Source of the DNA: Microcoleus sp.
GTDB taxonomy: Bacteria; Cyanobacteriota; Cyanobacteriia; Cyanobacteriales; Microcoleaceae
DNA length: 64,000 nucleotides
Assembly: GCA_052279835.1 (NCBI GenBank)
Contig: CP181291.1
Coordinates: 1,248,001 to 1,312,000, forward strand
Direction: 5' to 3'
Part shown: positions 50,693 to 60,171 of the stretch, one piece after another
Layout: every line of letters starts with the position of its first letter
Position numbering within the stretch: the first letter of the stretch is position 1
Notes under the pieces: generated by a model
The model's input: only the letters and a program-made list of their open reading frames with translations
What the model was told of the DNA's origin: nothing
Databases searched by the model: none
Program-made: the position numbers and the translations under genes

Positions 50693-52699
50693 ATGAACAC
50701 AATATCAACTTACGGCTCTTGGAAATCCCCCATCACCTCCGATTTAATTGTTTCGGGAACTGTAGGACTCGGACAAATTGCGATGGACGGCGAGGATATT
50801 TACTGGGTGGAAGCAAGACCTTCTGAAGCAGGCAGAAACGTCATCGTGCGACGCACTCCTGACGGAAAAATCAGCGATGTCACACCCCAACCTTTTAATG
50901 TTCGCACTCGCGTTCACGAATACGGAGGTGCTTCCTTTGTGGTGGCTAGCGGTGTGGTCTATTTTTCTCATTTTGCCGACGGGCGCATTTATTATCAAAG
51001 ATTAGATTCTCAGCCCCTAGCTTTAACACCCGTAGTTAATTGTCGATACGCCGATGCCATTGTTGACAAGCAAAGAAATCGCCTGATTTGCGTTCGCGAA
51101 GACCATACACGAGAAAGTGAAGTTGTCAATACTATTGTTAGTATTAATTTAGACAATGGGGAAGATATTCAAATTTTAGCCCAGGGTGAAGATTTTTATG
51201 CTTCCCCCCGTTTTAGTCCTGACGGTTCTCAGATTTCTTGGATTAGTTGGAATCATCCAAATATGCCTTGGGATGGTACAGAATTATGGACAGCCGAAAT
51301 TCATCCTGACGGTGATTTAGGGGAAAAATACTTAGTTGCAGGGGGTCCAGAAGAGTCGATTTTTCAACCGGAATGGTCGCCGGATGGAGTGTTATATTTT
51401 GTTTCTGATAAGTCGAATTGGTGGAATTTTTATAGAACCCCCCTCAATCCCCCCTTGGTAAGGGGGGAAGCAGGAATAGAAGGTTCCCCCTTGGTAGGGG
51501 GGGAAATAAATACAGAACCCCCCTTGGTAAGGGGGATCGAACCTCTGTACGAAATGGCGGCGGAATTCGGACTACCTCAGTGGGTGTTTGGGATGTCTAC
51601 CTATGCTGTTGTTTCCGAACACAAAATTATTTGCACCTACACTCAACAAGGCAAGTGGTATTTAGCAACTATTGATTTAGTGGCAAAGCAGTTGAGGAAA
51701 ATTGACACACCTTACAGTGATATTTCTTCACTAAAAGCCCAAGGTGAAAAAGTAGTTTTCCTGGCTGGTTCTCCGACGGAATCCTCAGCGATTGTACAAC
51801 TAGATTTAGGAACAAGTCAAATAGAAGTATTGCGCCTAGCCAGCAATTTAAGCCTTGATGCTGGTTATCTTTCTGTACCGGAATCCATCGAATTTCCCAC
51901 GAAAAATGGTTTGACTGCTTTTGGGTTCTTTTATTCACCAAAAAATCAAGATTTTGCAGCACCAGCAGGTGAAAAACCACCCCTGATTGTCAAAAGTCAT
52001 GGTGGGCCCACGGCGGCTACTTCTAGTAGTATGAATTTAAAGATTCAATACTGGACAAGTCGTGGTTTTGCTGTCTTGGATGTGAATTATGGTGGTAGCA
52101 CTGGTTACGGTCGAGAATACAGAAAAAGGCTACAAGATAGTTGGGGTATTGTGGATGTTGATGACTGTGCTAATGGTGCTAAATATTTAGCCCAAAGGGG
52201 TTTAGTTGACAGTGCAAAAATGGCGATCGCCGGTGGTAGCGCTGGAGGCTATACTACTCTGTGCGCTCTTACTTTCCGGGATGTTTTCAAGGCTGGGGCG
52301 AGCTATTATGGAGTTAGCGATTTGTCAGCTTTGGCAACGGATACCCACAAGTTTGAATCGCGCTATCTGGATGGATTAATCGGACCTTATCCTGAAAGGA
52401 AAGATTTGTATTTAGAACGTTCCCCTATTCATGCTGCGGCTAATTTATCTTGTCCTATCATCTTCTTTCAAGGATTGGAAGATAAAGTGGTTCCTCCCAA
52501 TCAAGCAGAAATGATGGTAGAAATCTTAAAAGCAAAGGGTTTGCCTGTTGCTTACGTTGCTTATGAAGGGGAACAGCACGGTTTTCGGCGGGCTGAAAAT
52601 ATCAAAAAAACCCTGGATGGTGAATTATATTTCTATTCAAGAGTGTTTAAGTTTGAGTTAGCTGAATCGGTGGCCCCAGTGCTGATTTACAATCTTTAG
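50693..52699 (+). CDS. S9 family (prolyl oligopeptidase/acylaminoacyl) peptidase
   Basis: YGSWKSPI, HGGPT, GGSAGG nucleophile motif, DKVVPP, EQHGF. Confidence 0.93.
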   Translation: MNTISTYGSWKSPITSDLIVSGTVGLGQIAMDGEDIYWVEARPSEAGRNVIVRRTPDGKISDVTPQPFNVRTRVHEYGGASFVVASGVVYFSHFADGRIYYQRLDSQPLALTPVVNCRYADAIVDKQRNRLICVREDHTRESEVVNTIVSINLDNGEDIQILAQGEDFYASPRFSPDGSQISWISWNHPNMPWDGTELWTAEIHPDGDLGEKYLVAGGPEESIFQPEWSPDGVLYFVSDKSNWWNFYRTPLNPPLVRGEAGIEGSPLVGGEINTEPPLVRGIEPLYEMAAEFGLPQWVFGMSTYAVVSEHKIICTYTQQGKWYLATIDLVAKQLRKIDTPYSDISSLKAQGEKVVFLAGSPTESSAIVQLDLGTSQIEVLRLASNLSLDAGYLSVPESIEFPTKNGLTAFGFFYSPKNQDFAAPAGEKPPLIVKSHGGPTAATSSSMNLKIQYWTSRGFAVLDVNYGGSTGYGREYRKRLQDSWGIVDVDDCANGAKYLAQRGLVDSAKMAIAGGSAGGYTTLCALTFRDVFKAGASYYGVSDLSALATDTHKFESRYLDGLIGPYPERKDLYLERSPIHAAANLSCPIIFFQGLEDKVVPPNQAEMMVEILKAKGLPVAYVAYEGEQHGFRRAENIKKTLDGELYFYSRVFKFELAESVAPVLIYNL

Positions 52700-52854
52700 C
52701 TGAAACTCTGTTTGCAGTAAGTACCGTAGTGGCTATATTGTGTGGTGTTAATTGGTAGTTTCAGTGGCTGCGAGATAGGGCATAGAACTTACTGATTTAC
52801 GGATGGTGACGCATTTTACGGACGTCGCCAGATTTGGTTTACCATAATAGGGAA

Positions 52855-52937
52855 TGTGATTTAATTCACAAATCCGGTGGTTTATTGTCACAAATTTTGG
52901 TGTTTTTTATCACAAGTTTTTGATGTTTGCTGTCACA
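52855..52937. promoter_or_regulatory. CRP-family site TGTGA-N6-TCACA plus three further phased TCACA half-sites
   Basis: TGTGATTTAATTCACA at 52855-52870; TCACA at 52866, 52888, 52910 and 52933. Confidence 0.65.
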
Positions 52938-53034
52938 TATTTTTAGACAATAAGATAGCAAAAATAGTAGGGTGCGATCGCCTTCTCTAAACACAGAAAG
53001 CCTCGATCGCTCGTCGAGTTCAGATTTAATAGCT

Positions 53035-53259
53035 ATGGAAACTCCTGTCCATCTTATTCCATCTGCTTTGGGCGAGTTGTTTGCCGAAGTCAATCATCAT
53101 AGGTATATTACCCTGGCCGATCGCTACGGTTTGATGGCTGCTATTTTTGACGAAACTTTGACAGAGGAAGAAAAACGCTCGATCGATCGCCTATTGCGCG
53201 CCGTGTACCGAGGTAAAATAAAATTAGTTAATCAACTGTCTATGGTGAACGGATTTTAG
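53035..53259 (+). CDS. Small conserved cyanobacterial protein (74 aa)
   Basis: ITLADRYGLMAA...LTEEEKRSIDRLLRAV.RG motif. Confidence 0.72.
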   Translation: METPVHLIPSALGELFAEVNHHRYITLADRYGLMAAIFDETLTEEEKRSIDRLLRAVYRGKIKLVNQLSMVNGF

Positions 53260-53295
53260 ATTTTGATGTGACATTAAATAATTCAATAAGTCAAC

Positions 53296-53333
53296 AAACT
53301 CTAGCCCACAGATCGATCTGTGGGCTAGAGTTT
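53296..53333. terminator. Perfect 38-bp palindrome, probable terminator
   Basis: AAACTCTAGCCCACAGATC|GATCTGTGGGCTAGAGTTT followed by a T run. Confidence 0.7.
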
Positions 53334-53496
53334 TTTCAATACGTCTTGAGAAATAGATATTTGTCACCTACCAAGCTCAAATCTGGCAAAACTCATAACT
53401 TTTAATTAAGTAAGACCAAATAAAAAAACATCCTACCCAGATACCCGCAGCGCTTTCATAAGTCTCGACTCCCTATCCGTTGCCGAACATACTTCT

Positions 53497-54834
53497 TCAA
53501 ATCAGAAACCGAATAGTTACATATATAGCAGCCGTTACCAATTGCAATAACATCACCGGAATTCCATAACGCAGAAAAGTTTGAAAAGAAATCCGCCTGC
53601 CATGCAATTCAGAAATTCCTGCTGCGACTATATTAGAAGAAGCTCCTACCAAAGTGCCATTTCCTCCCAAAGTTGCCCCGTACATCATCGCATAAAACAG
53701 CGGTAAAACTTCCAGAGGAAACTGCCCTGCAAAATCCGGCGCTAGCACTTCCCCAGGGGCTAACCCAACGTTAACAACATACTGTTTGAGCAAGGGAACC
53801 ATCGCCACTACTAGCGGAATGTTCGGCACCACACTCGACATTAAACCCACAAAAAATAACAAAGCTAGGGAACCCAAAAAAATATTCTTACCCAAAATAA
53901 CTGCTAGAATTCCCGATATACTGTTAATCACTCCGGTTTTTTCTAAACCCCCAATCAGTACAAAAATAGACATGAAAAATAGCAGCGTACTCCAATCTAA
54001 ATCACGCAATATATTATTCACGGAATCTATTTTAGATTGATGAGCTAATAGCATGGACAAGGCCGCCCCCAACAAAGCAATGGCTGCTGGTGAAATTGGC
54101 ACCGGTAGCGACTCTCCCACTACAAAAAATACCAGCACGAAAGCTATAATTAAACCGCCGACTGCTAAAATTCGTGGGTGATTAATTTTGGGATGTGGCA
54201 AGTCTGCCAAATCGTCTAATTCTTTGTGCCAAATTTCGGGGAACAACCACGGCAGAATAATGACTATTACTCCTACTGCCAGTGCGCCGCCCAAACTTAA
54301 TTTCACCAGGTAATCGGCAAAGCTCATATTAATCGCATCACCGACAATAAATGTCGCCGGATCTCCTACTATTGTCAGCAGTCCCGAACTGTTAGCTACA
54401 AATACCATTAAAATTAGTAATGGTACAAAATCTACACCCACTTCTTGTGCCATGGGCGGAATTAATGGTGCTAGCAGCATGACCGTGGTAGCATTGGGCA
54501 AAACTGCACAAATCGGGGTAGTAATGGCTACAATCCCCAGCAACAGATTTTTGCCTTTTCCTTTCGCCAACAGTACCATTTGAGTTGCCAAATATTCAAA
54601 TACTTTGGTAGGTTCAAAAGACCTGACCATTACCATGACTCCGAAGAATAATCCCAAGGTTCCATGACTGCGACCAATATATTCGATCGCATCATTTAAA
54701 GTCATAACGTGGGCAAAAACCAGGATCAGTGCTCCCAAAAAAGCTGCAACTGTTAGGTGTATCCACTCGGTCATTACTAACAAAATTACACCGATAAAAG
54801 TTGCCGTGGCGATCGCAGCTTGCAGGTTTTCCAT
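53497..54834 (-). CDS. ArsB/NhaD-family (IT superfamily) transporter
   Basis: Multi-TM protein, PNATTV, LTIVGDP, LGGNGTLVGASSNIV. Confidence 0.88.
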   Translation of the reverse strand: MENLQAAIATATFIGVILLVMTEWIHLTVAAFLGALILVFAHVMTLNDAIEYIGRSHGTLGLFFGVMVMVRSFEPTKVFEYLATQMVLLAKGKGKNLLLGIVAITTPICAVLPNATTVMLLAPLIPPMAQEVGVDFVPLLILMVFVANSSGLLTIVGDPATFIVGDAINMSFADYLVKLSLGGALAVGVIVIILPWLFPEIWHKELDDLADLPHPKINHPRILAVGGLIIAFVLVFFVVGESLPVPISPAAIALLGAALSMLLAHQSKIDSVNNILRDLDWSTLLFFMSIFVLIGGLEKTGVINSISGILAVILGKNIFLGSLALLFFVGLMSSVVPNIPLVVAMVPLLKQYVVNVGLAPGEVLAPDFAGQFPLEVLPLFYAMMYGATLGGNGTLVGASSNIVAAGISELHGRRISFQTFLRYGIPVMLLQLVTAAIYVTIRFLI

Positions 54835-55118
54835 TTAGTCTCCTGACAAAATTCAAAATTTTAAATTTAACATGATTATGCCACCCCAGAAATTTACTAC
54901 ATCCCGGTAATTTTGTCAATACCTTTAAGAGGTATTTTGTAGTTATAAATACTCTGAATCAGCTCATTGGCAGAGATAGTAGATCCCAAAAATCACCAAA
55001 AAACTACTTCTTTTGGCAGGGTGGCGATCGCCAAAAATTTGATATGTTAATCGGGCGATCGCTCGACTACAATAAGACAATAGCAATATCTGTCAGACTC
55101 CACCCCCCCGCAGACATC

Positions 55119-56327
55119 ATGGATTACAGCCAACTGCTCACCGACAAAACCGACACTATTCTCCAAAACTGGATTGAAGCAGTTAGCCAGGATCGGAAAA
55201 TAGAAAGTGCTGACACCTTACCGCGCTCAGCCATTAAAAATCATATTCCTCACCTGCTGGCGGCGATGGCAACAGTGCTTTCCCAATATCAAAACAGCGA
55301 AATTGGCATCATCATCACAGCCAGTTTTGATCACGGCTTGCTGCGAGCAGAACAAGGCTACGATCCAGCAGAAGTAGCGCGGGAATACCATTTACTTCGT
55401 CAAGTCATATTCTCCCATATCGAAGCAGAATTACTAGCAGGAACCAGCGCAGAAGTAGTCAGAGCTTTTCGACTCATAGACTCCGTAGTAGACGAAGCAA
55501 TTGCCCAGTGTTTTAACAGTTATGTTACTCAGCGCTTGAACGAACTCCAACAAATCCAAACTCAGTTAACACTCACCAATCAAGAACTGAATCGCCTAGT
55601 CAGCACTCACCAAGAAAATCTCTCCTATTTAGCCCACGAACTCAAAACACCACTCAACTCAATCATCGGTTATTCTGAATTGTTTTTGCGTCAAGGAAAA
55701 AAGCAACCAGAAATCAAAGATACTCTCCCAGGCATCGAACATATAGAGCGAGTATTACGTAACGGTAGACAACTATTACGCCTAATTAACGATGCCCTAG
55801 AACTTTCCCGTGCCGATGCCGGAAAAATCCAACTTCAATTGAGACCAACTAATGTAAAATCTCTCATTAATACAGTAGTAGAAATAATGCAGCCCATGGC
55901 TGACGCTAAGGGATTAAACCTCTCAATCACTAGCGACAGCGCTCCCAAACAAGTAATCGCCGACTCCCAGCGACTGCAACAAATTATCACCAATCTGCTG
56001 AGCAATGCTATTCGCTACACAACCACTGGTAGCATCAAATTAGATTGTCGTCAAGTCGGAACCGAAAATTGGGCGATCGCCATTACAGACACCGGCATTG
56101 GCATCTCCCCCACCGATAAAAATCGCATTTTTGACCCTTTCTTTCAAGCAGGAGAAGCTAGCCAAAAACAATTTTCCCCAGACAGCACAGGCTTGGGATT
56201 AGCCATAGTATCGCGACTGGTAAAACTATTGCAAGGCAACATAGATTTAATATCAGAAATTGGAGTAGGCTCGACTTTCACAGTCATTTTACCGCTGGAA
56301 GTTAAAACTTTACAGAAAGTGCTTTAA
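55119..56327 (+). CDS. Sensor histidine kinase with an RsbRD-N-like N-terminal domain
   Basis: HGLLRAEQGY...EYHLLR, H-box AHELKTPLN, NAIRY, DTGIG, TGLGL. Confidence 0.88.
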   Translation: MDYSQLLTDKTDTILQNWIEAVSQDRKIESADTLPRSAIKNHIPHLLAAMATVLSQYQNSEIGIIITASFDHGLLRAEQGYDPAEVAREYHLLRQVIFSHIEAELLAGTSAEVVRAFRLIDSVVDEAIAQCFNSYVTQRLNELQQIQTQLTLTNQELNRLVSTHQENLSYLAHELKTPLNSIIGYSELFLRQGKKQPEIKDTLPGIEHIERVLRNGRQLLRLINDALELSRADAGKIQLQLRPTNVKSLINTVVEIMQPMADAKGLNLSITSDSAPKQVIADSQRLQQIITNLLSNAIRYTTTGSIKLDCRQVGTENWAIAITDTGIGISPTDKNRIFDPFFQAGEASQKQFSPDSTGLGLAIVSRLVKLLQGNIDLISEIGVGSTFTVILPLEVKTLQKVL

Positions 56328-56379
56328 GAGTTAATATATGATAAGTATATCAAAGCATCTTTAACAAAAGATTATTTCC

Positions 56380-58555
56380 ATGTCCGCCCTCTACGCAACC
56401 CCTACCGTGACAGCCTTTCCCCTAACAGCCGTTGTCGGCCAAGAAGCAATTAAATTAGCCCTGCTTTTAGCAGCAGTCGATCCCGGACTGGGAGGAGTTG
56501 CGATCGCAGGTCGTCGCGGTACCGCAAAATCAGTAATGGCCCGTGCCTTGCATTCTCTCCTACCCCCCATAGAAATTGTCAAAGACTCTTTCTGCAACGC
56601 CTCTCCAGAAGAACCCCTTGTAGAAGAGCTATCGGGCTTGTCATCAGAAAATCACGGGCAAGATATCTTAGCAGAAAATCATCAGCAAGAGACCCAGACC
56701 ACAAATACTAATCTCACCACCGCCATTATTCCCACACCCTTCATCCAAATTCCCTTGGGTGTCACCGAAGATAGACTCTTAGGTTCAGTCGATGTCGAAC
56801 AATCAGTAAAATTCGGCGAAACAGTATTTCAACCAGGACTGCTAGCCCAAGCCAATCGAGGCGTACTTTATGTAGACGAAATCAACCTCCTCGACGACAA
56901 CATTTCCAACCAATTACTCACAGTATTAACAGAAGGAAGAAATCAAATAGAACGAGAAGGCATCAGCTTTCAACATCCATGCAAACCCCTATTTATTGCC
57001 ACCTATAACCCCGAAGAAGGCCCACTCAGGGAACATTTACTAGACAGAATCGCCATCGCCCTTTCCGCCGATGCCGTACTTCAACTAGAAGAAAGAGTCC
57101 AAGCCGTAGACCAAGCTCTATCCTACTCCAGCTCACCCCAACAATTTCTCAACCAATATGCAGAAGACACCGACAACCTCAAAACCCAAATCATCCTAGC
57201 CAGAGAATGGCTCAAAGATGTCACCATCAAACGCGAACAAATTAGCTACCTAGTAGAAGAAGCCATCCGCGGCGCAGTACAAGGACACCGCGCCGAAATA
57301 TTCGCAGTCCCGAGTCGCCAAAGCCTGCGCCGCTATCGAAGGACGCACAGAAGTTAACGCCGAAGATTTGCGTCGCGCCGTCGAATTAGTCATCGTGCCC
57401 CGCGCCACCGTCATCCAATCTCCTCCAGACGAAAACAATCCTCCTCCTCCCCCTCCCCCGCCGCCACCACCCCAAAACCAGTCCGAACCAGAACCAGACG
57501 AAGAACCAGAACCAGACGAAGAAGAACCAGACGAAGAAGAACCAGACGAAGCACCTCCAGAAGAACCAGAAGAAAATAGCATTCCCGAAGAATTTATCTT
57601 CGACCCCGAAGGAGTAATTCTCGACCCCAGCGTGCTTTTCTTCGCCCAAAATGCCAGCAGCCAAGGCAAATCAGGAAGCCGTAGCATCATTTTTTCCGAA
57701 GATAGAGGCCGTTACATCAAGCCAGTATTGCCCAAAGGTCCCGTCCGTCGCATCGCCGTTGATGCCACCCTCAGAGCCGCCGCACCCTATCAAAAAGCCC
57801 GCCGCGAAAGGAATTCTCACCCCCCCCAACCCAGGGCGGGCACAGGGGCACCGCCCCTACAATCGGGGGGGCAAGAGCCAAATCAGGACGAAGGGAAGCG
57901 TCGCGTATTTGTCGAACAGGGAGATGTTCGGGCGAAGCGACTGGCTAGAAAAGCTGGGGCTCTAGTGGTATTTGTCGTCGATGCTTCCGGTTCCATGGCT
58001 CTCAATCGGATGCAGTCGGCAAAAGGTGCTGTCATGCAGTTACTCACAGAAGCCTACCAAAGCCGGGACCAAGTTGCTCTCATTCCCTTTCGCGGAGAAC
58101 AAGCAGAAGTGCTGTTACCGCCTACGCGCTCCATCGCCTTAGCCCGCAAGCGTTTGGAAAGGTTGCCCTGTGGTGGCGGTTCCCCCCTGGCTCACGGTTT
58201 GACACAAGCCGTGCGGGTGGGAGTCAACGCGCGACAATCGGGAGATATCGGTCAAGTTGCGATTGTCGCCATTACTGACGGGCGCGGGAATATTCCTCTG
58301 GCTCGTTCTTTGGGTGAACCCATTTTAGATGGAGAAAAGCCAGATATTAAGGGTGAATTGTTGGAAATTGCTGCCAAAATTCGCGGGCTAGGGATGCAGT
58401 TGCTGGTGATAGATACCGAAAGCAAGTTTATTTCTACTGGTTTTGCTAAGGAATTAGCCAAGACTTCTGGTGGCAAATACTATCATTTGCCCAAAGCTAC
58501 CGAACAGGCGATCGCATCCATGACTAAAAATGCTCTCCGCGACGCGATCGGCTAA
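56380..58555 (+). CDS. chlD: Magnesium chelatase subunit D, apparent +1 frameshift at about 57310
   Basis: AAA domain ([17 protein letters not shown]), poly-Pro/acidic linker, vWA DASGSM; removing one C restores FAVRVAKA. Confidence 0.95.
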
Positions 58556-58601
58556 ATTGACTAGAGTCGCATTTATCGGCGTCTATCTGCGGTTCAAAAC
58601 T

Positions 58602-58904
58602 CTAATTTTTCCATCGGCGCCGACTACGAGTCACCACCAGAGAACCCACCACTAAACCCAGCCCACCTAGCATCGAAGGCTCAGGAATTTTCACCGGCAG
58701 AGGCACCGGGCTGGCTGTTCCCCCAGGCGGGTTCGAGCAACTTCGACAGGGGGTTGATTGAACAACCTGAGCCAACACCAAATTTTGAGGTTCTGCTGGG
58801 AAATTGCGCGCCACCCCTGCTTGACCACCGCAGACAACAGTTGCTAAAGCTAATACAATTCCCGCCGTAGGCTTGAAAAACATCTTAGAAAAAAAGGTAG
58901 GCAT
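58602..58904 (-). CDS. Very short PEP-CTERM protein
   Basis: Signal peptide-like N-terminus; KIPEPSMLGGLGLVVGSLVVTRSRRR sorting signal. Confidence 0.75.
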   Translation of the reverse strand: MPTFFSKMFFKPTAGIVLALATVVCGGQAGVARNFPAEPQNLVLAQVVQSTPCRSCSNPPGGTASPVPLPVKIPEPSMLGGLGLVVGSLVVTRSRRRWKN

Positions 58905-59288
58905 TAGACATTACCTGTTTGGTATTTTATGGTTAGATTTAGATATTTTCACGATTATTTTTTTGCATACCCTGTATACACCTTTGAACAGCCAAATCGA
59001 ACCGCAGTGAAATTTGAACGTTGAGGTCTTGGATAAGTTAGGTTTCCCACCCTGAGAGCAAATTTGACGCTTCAACTTTGCTTGTGGTGTGAGACAGTCT
59101 CGCTCCCAAGGTGAAAGGGATAAAGAATTTACTCATATTTTACAAATCATAAACCATCGCTCCCATCCGGTACATAATATGCTCCTAGTCTTTATCAAAT
59201 CTTTAAACTTTGAGAGGTTTTGCAAACTCATTGTTACAAATGTCAAAATAATAGATAGCCATTTTGTACTAAAAGTAGGTCAAACCTC

Positions 59289-60017
59289 GTGAGCAACACC
59301 AGCAATTTCCGCGAAGCCCTGCGCGAGGCCAAAAACCACGCGCTGGTAGGCCCTAACGTCATCGCCAACGCCCTCCCCTTTGTCGGCGGTGGCCTCGTCT
59401 TAACTGCCATCGGCACCTATGGCGGCCTGGGAGTCATCCACAACTATCCCGGAATCTTCTTTCCCACATTCATCGCTGCGATCGTCCTTGAATTAATTCT
59501 ATTCTTTGTCGCTCGTGGTGCCGCCGAACAAGGCAACAAAAACACCGCCTTACCTCTCCTGGCCACCTACAGCCTGCTTTCCGGCTACACCCTCAGCGGA
59601 TTGGTATTTACAGCCCTCAGAACCCAAGGCGTGGGCATCTCCGGCATCGGTTTTGCCGCCCTAGGTTGCGGCATTACCTTCATCGTCGCCCGCCAAATCG
59701 GCTCTAACTTATCCGAAACAGACGGCATGGCCCTCACCAAAACTATCAGTTTGGGCGTCATTGCTTTGTTAGTCGTCGTTGGCGGTCAATTTCTGCTATC
59801 TCTATTCGGCGTCTACACCCCAACTTGGTTGGAAATTGGCATTTCCGGCATCGGTGTATTTCTGTTCGCCGGCGCTGCCATTGTAGACTTTTACATTCTG
59901 CCCCGCAGCTACCGCGATGACCAGTATTTGCCGGCTGCTTTGTCGATGTATCTTACTTACATCAACTTGTTTATCTTTATTCTGCGACTGCTGATTGCCA
60001 TTAACAGCCGGGATTAA
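59289..60017 (+). CDS. Bax inhibitor-1/YccA family membrane protein
   Basis: About seven TM helices, AALSMYLTYINLFIFILRL. Confidence 0.88.
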   Translation: MSNTSNFREALREAKNHALVGPNVIANALPFVGGGLVLTAIGTYGGLGVIHNYPGIFFPTFIAAIVLELILFFVARGAAEQGNKNTALPLLATYSLLSGYTLSGLVFTALRTQGVGISGIGFAALGCGITFIVARQIGSNLSETDGMALTKTISLGVIALLVVVGGQFLLSLFGVYTPTWLEIGISGIGVFLFAGAAIVDFYILPRSYRDDQYLPAALSMYLTYINLFIFILRLLIAINSRD

Positions 60018-60030
60018 TTGAAATAGTACA

Positions 60031-60071
60031 TTAAAAACCGCAGCTTGTAAAAATCAAGCCGCGGTTTTTAA
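60031..60071 (+). terminator. Intrinsic terminator
   Basis: TTAAAAACCGC.GCTTG ... CAAGC.GCGGTTTTTAA. Confidence 0.65.
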
Positions 60072-60171
60072 TTTTTGTTAAGCTGTGGCACTAATATAGC
60101 AATGGTTGAGTAGTCTGTGAGCAAAGGGACTGGTGAATATTTAAATAAAAAAAATCAAGGGGAAAAAACTC

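Noticed and set aside
9330..58555. Calling ALDH, GH57, the PAS kinase and chlD pseudogenes or programmed frameshifts
   Set aside because: Each has one extra base in a short homopolymer, with no other decay and no recoding signal; chlD is essential, so sequencing error is more likely
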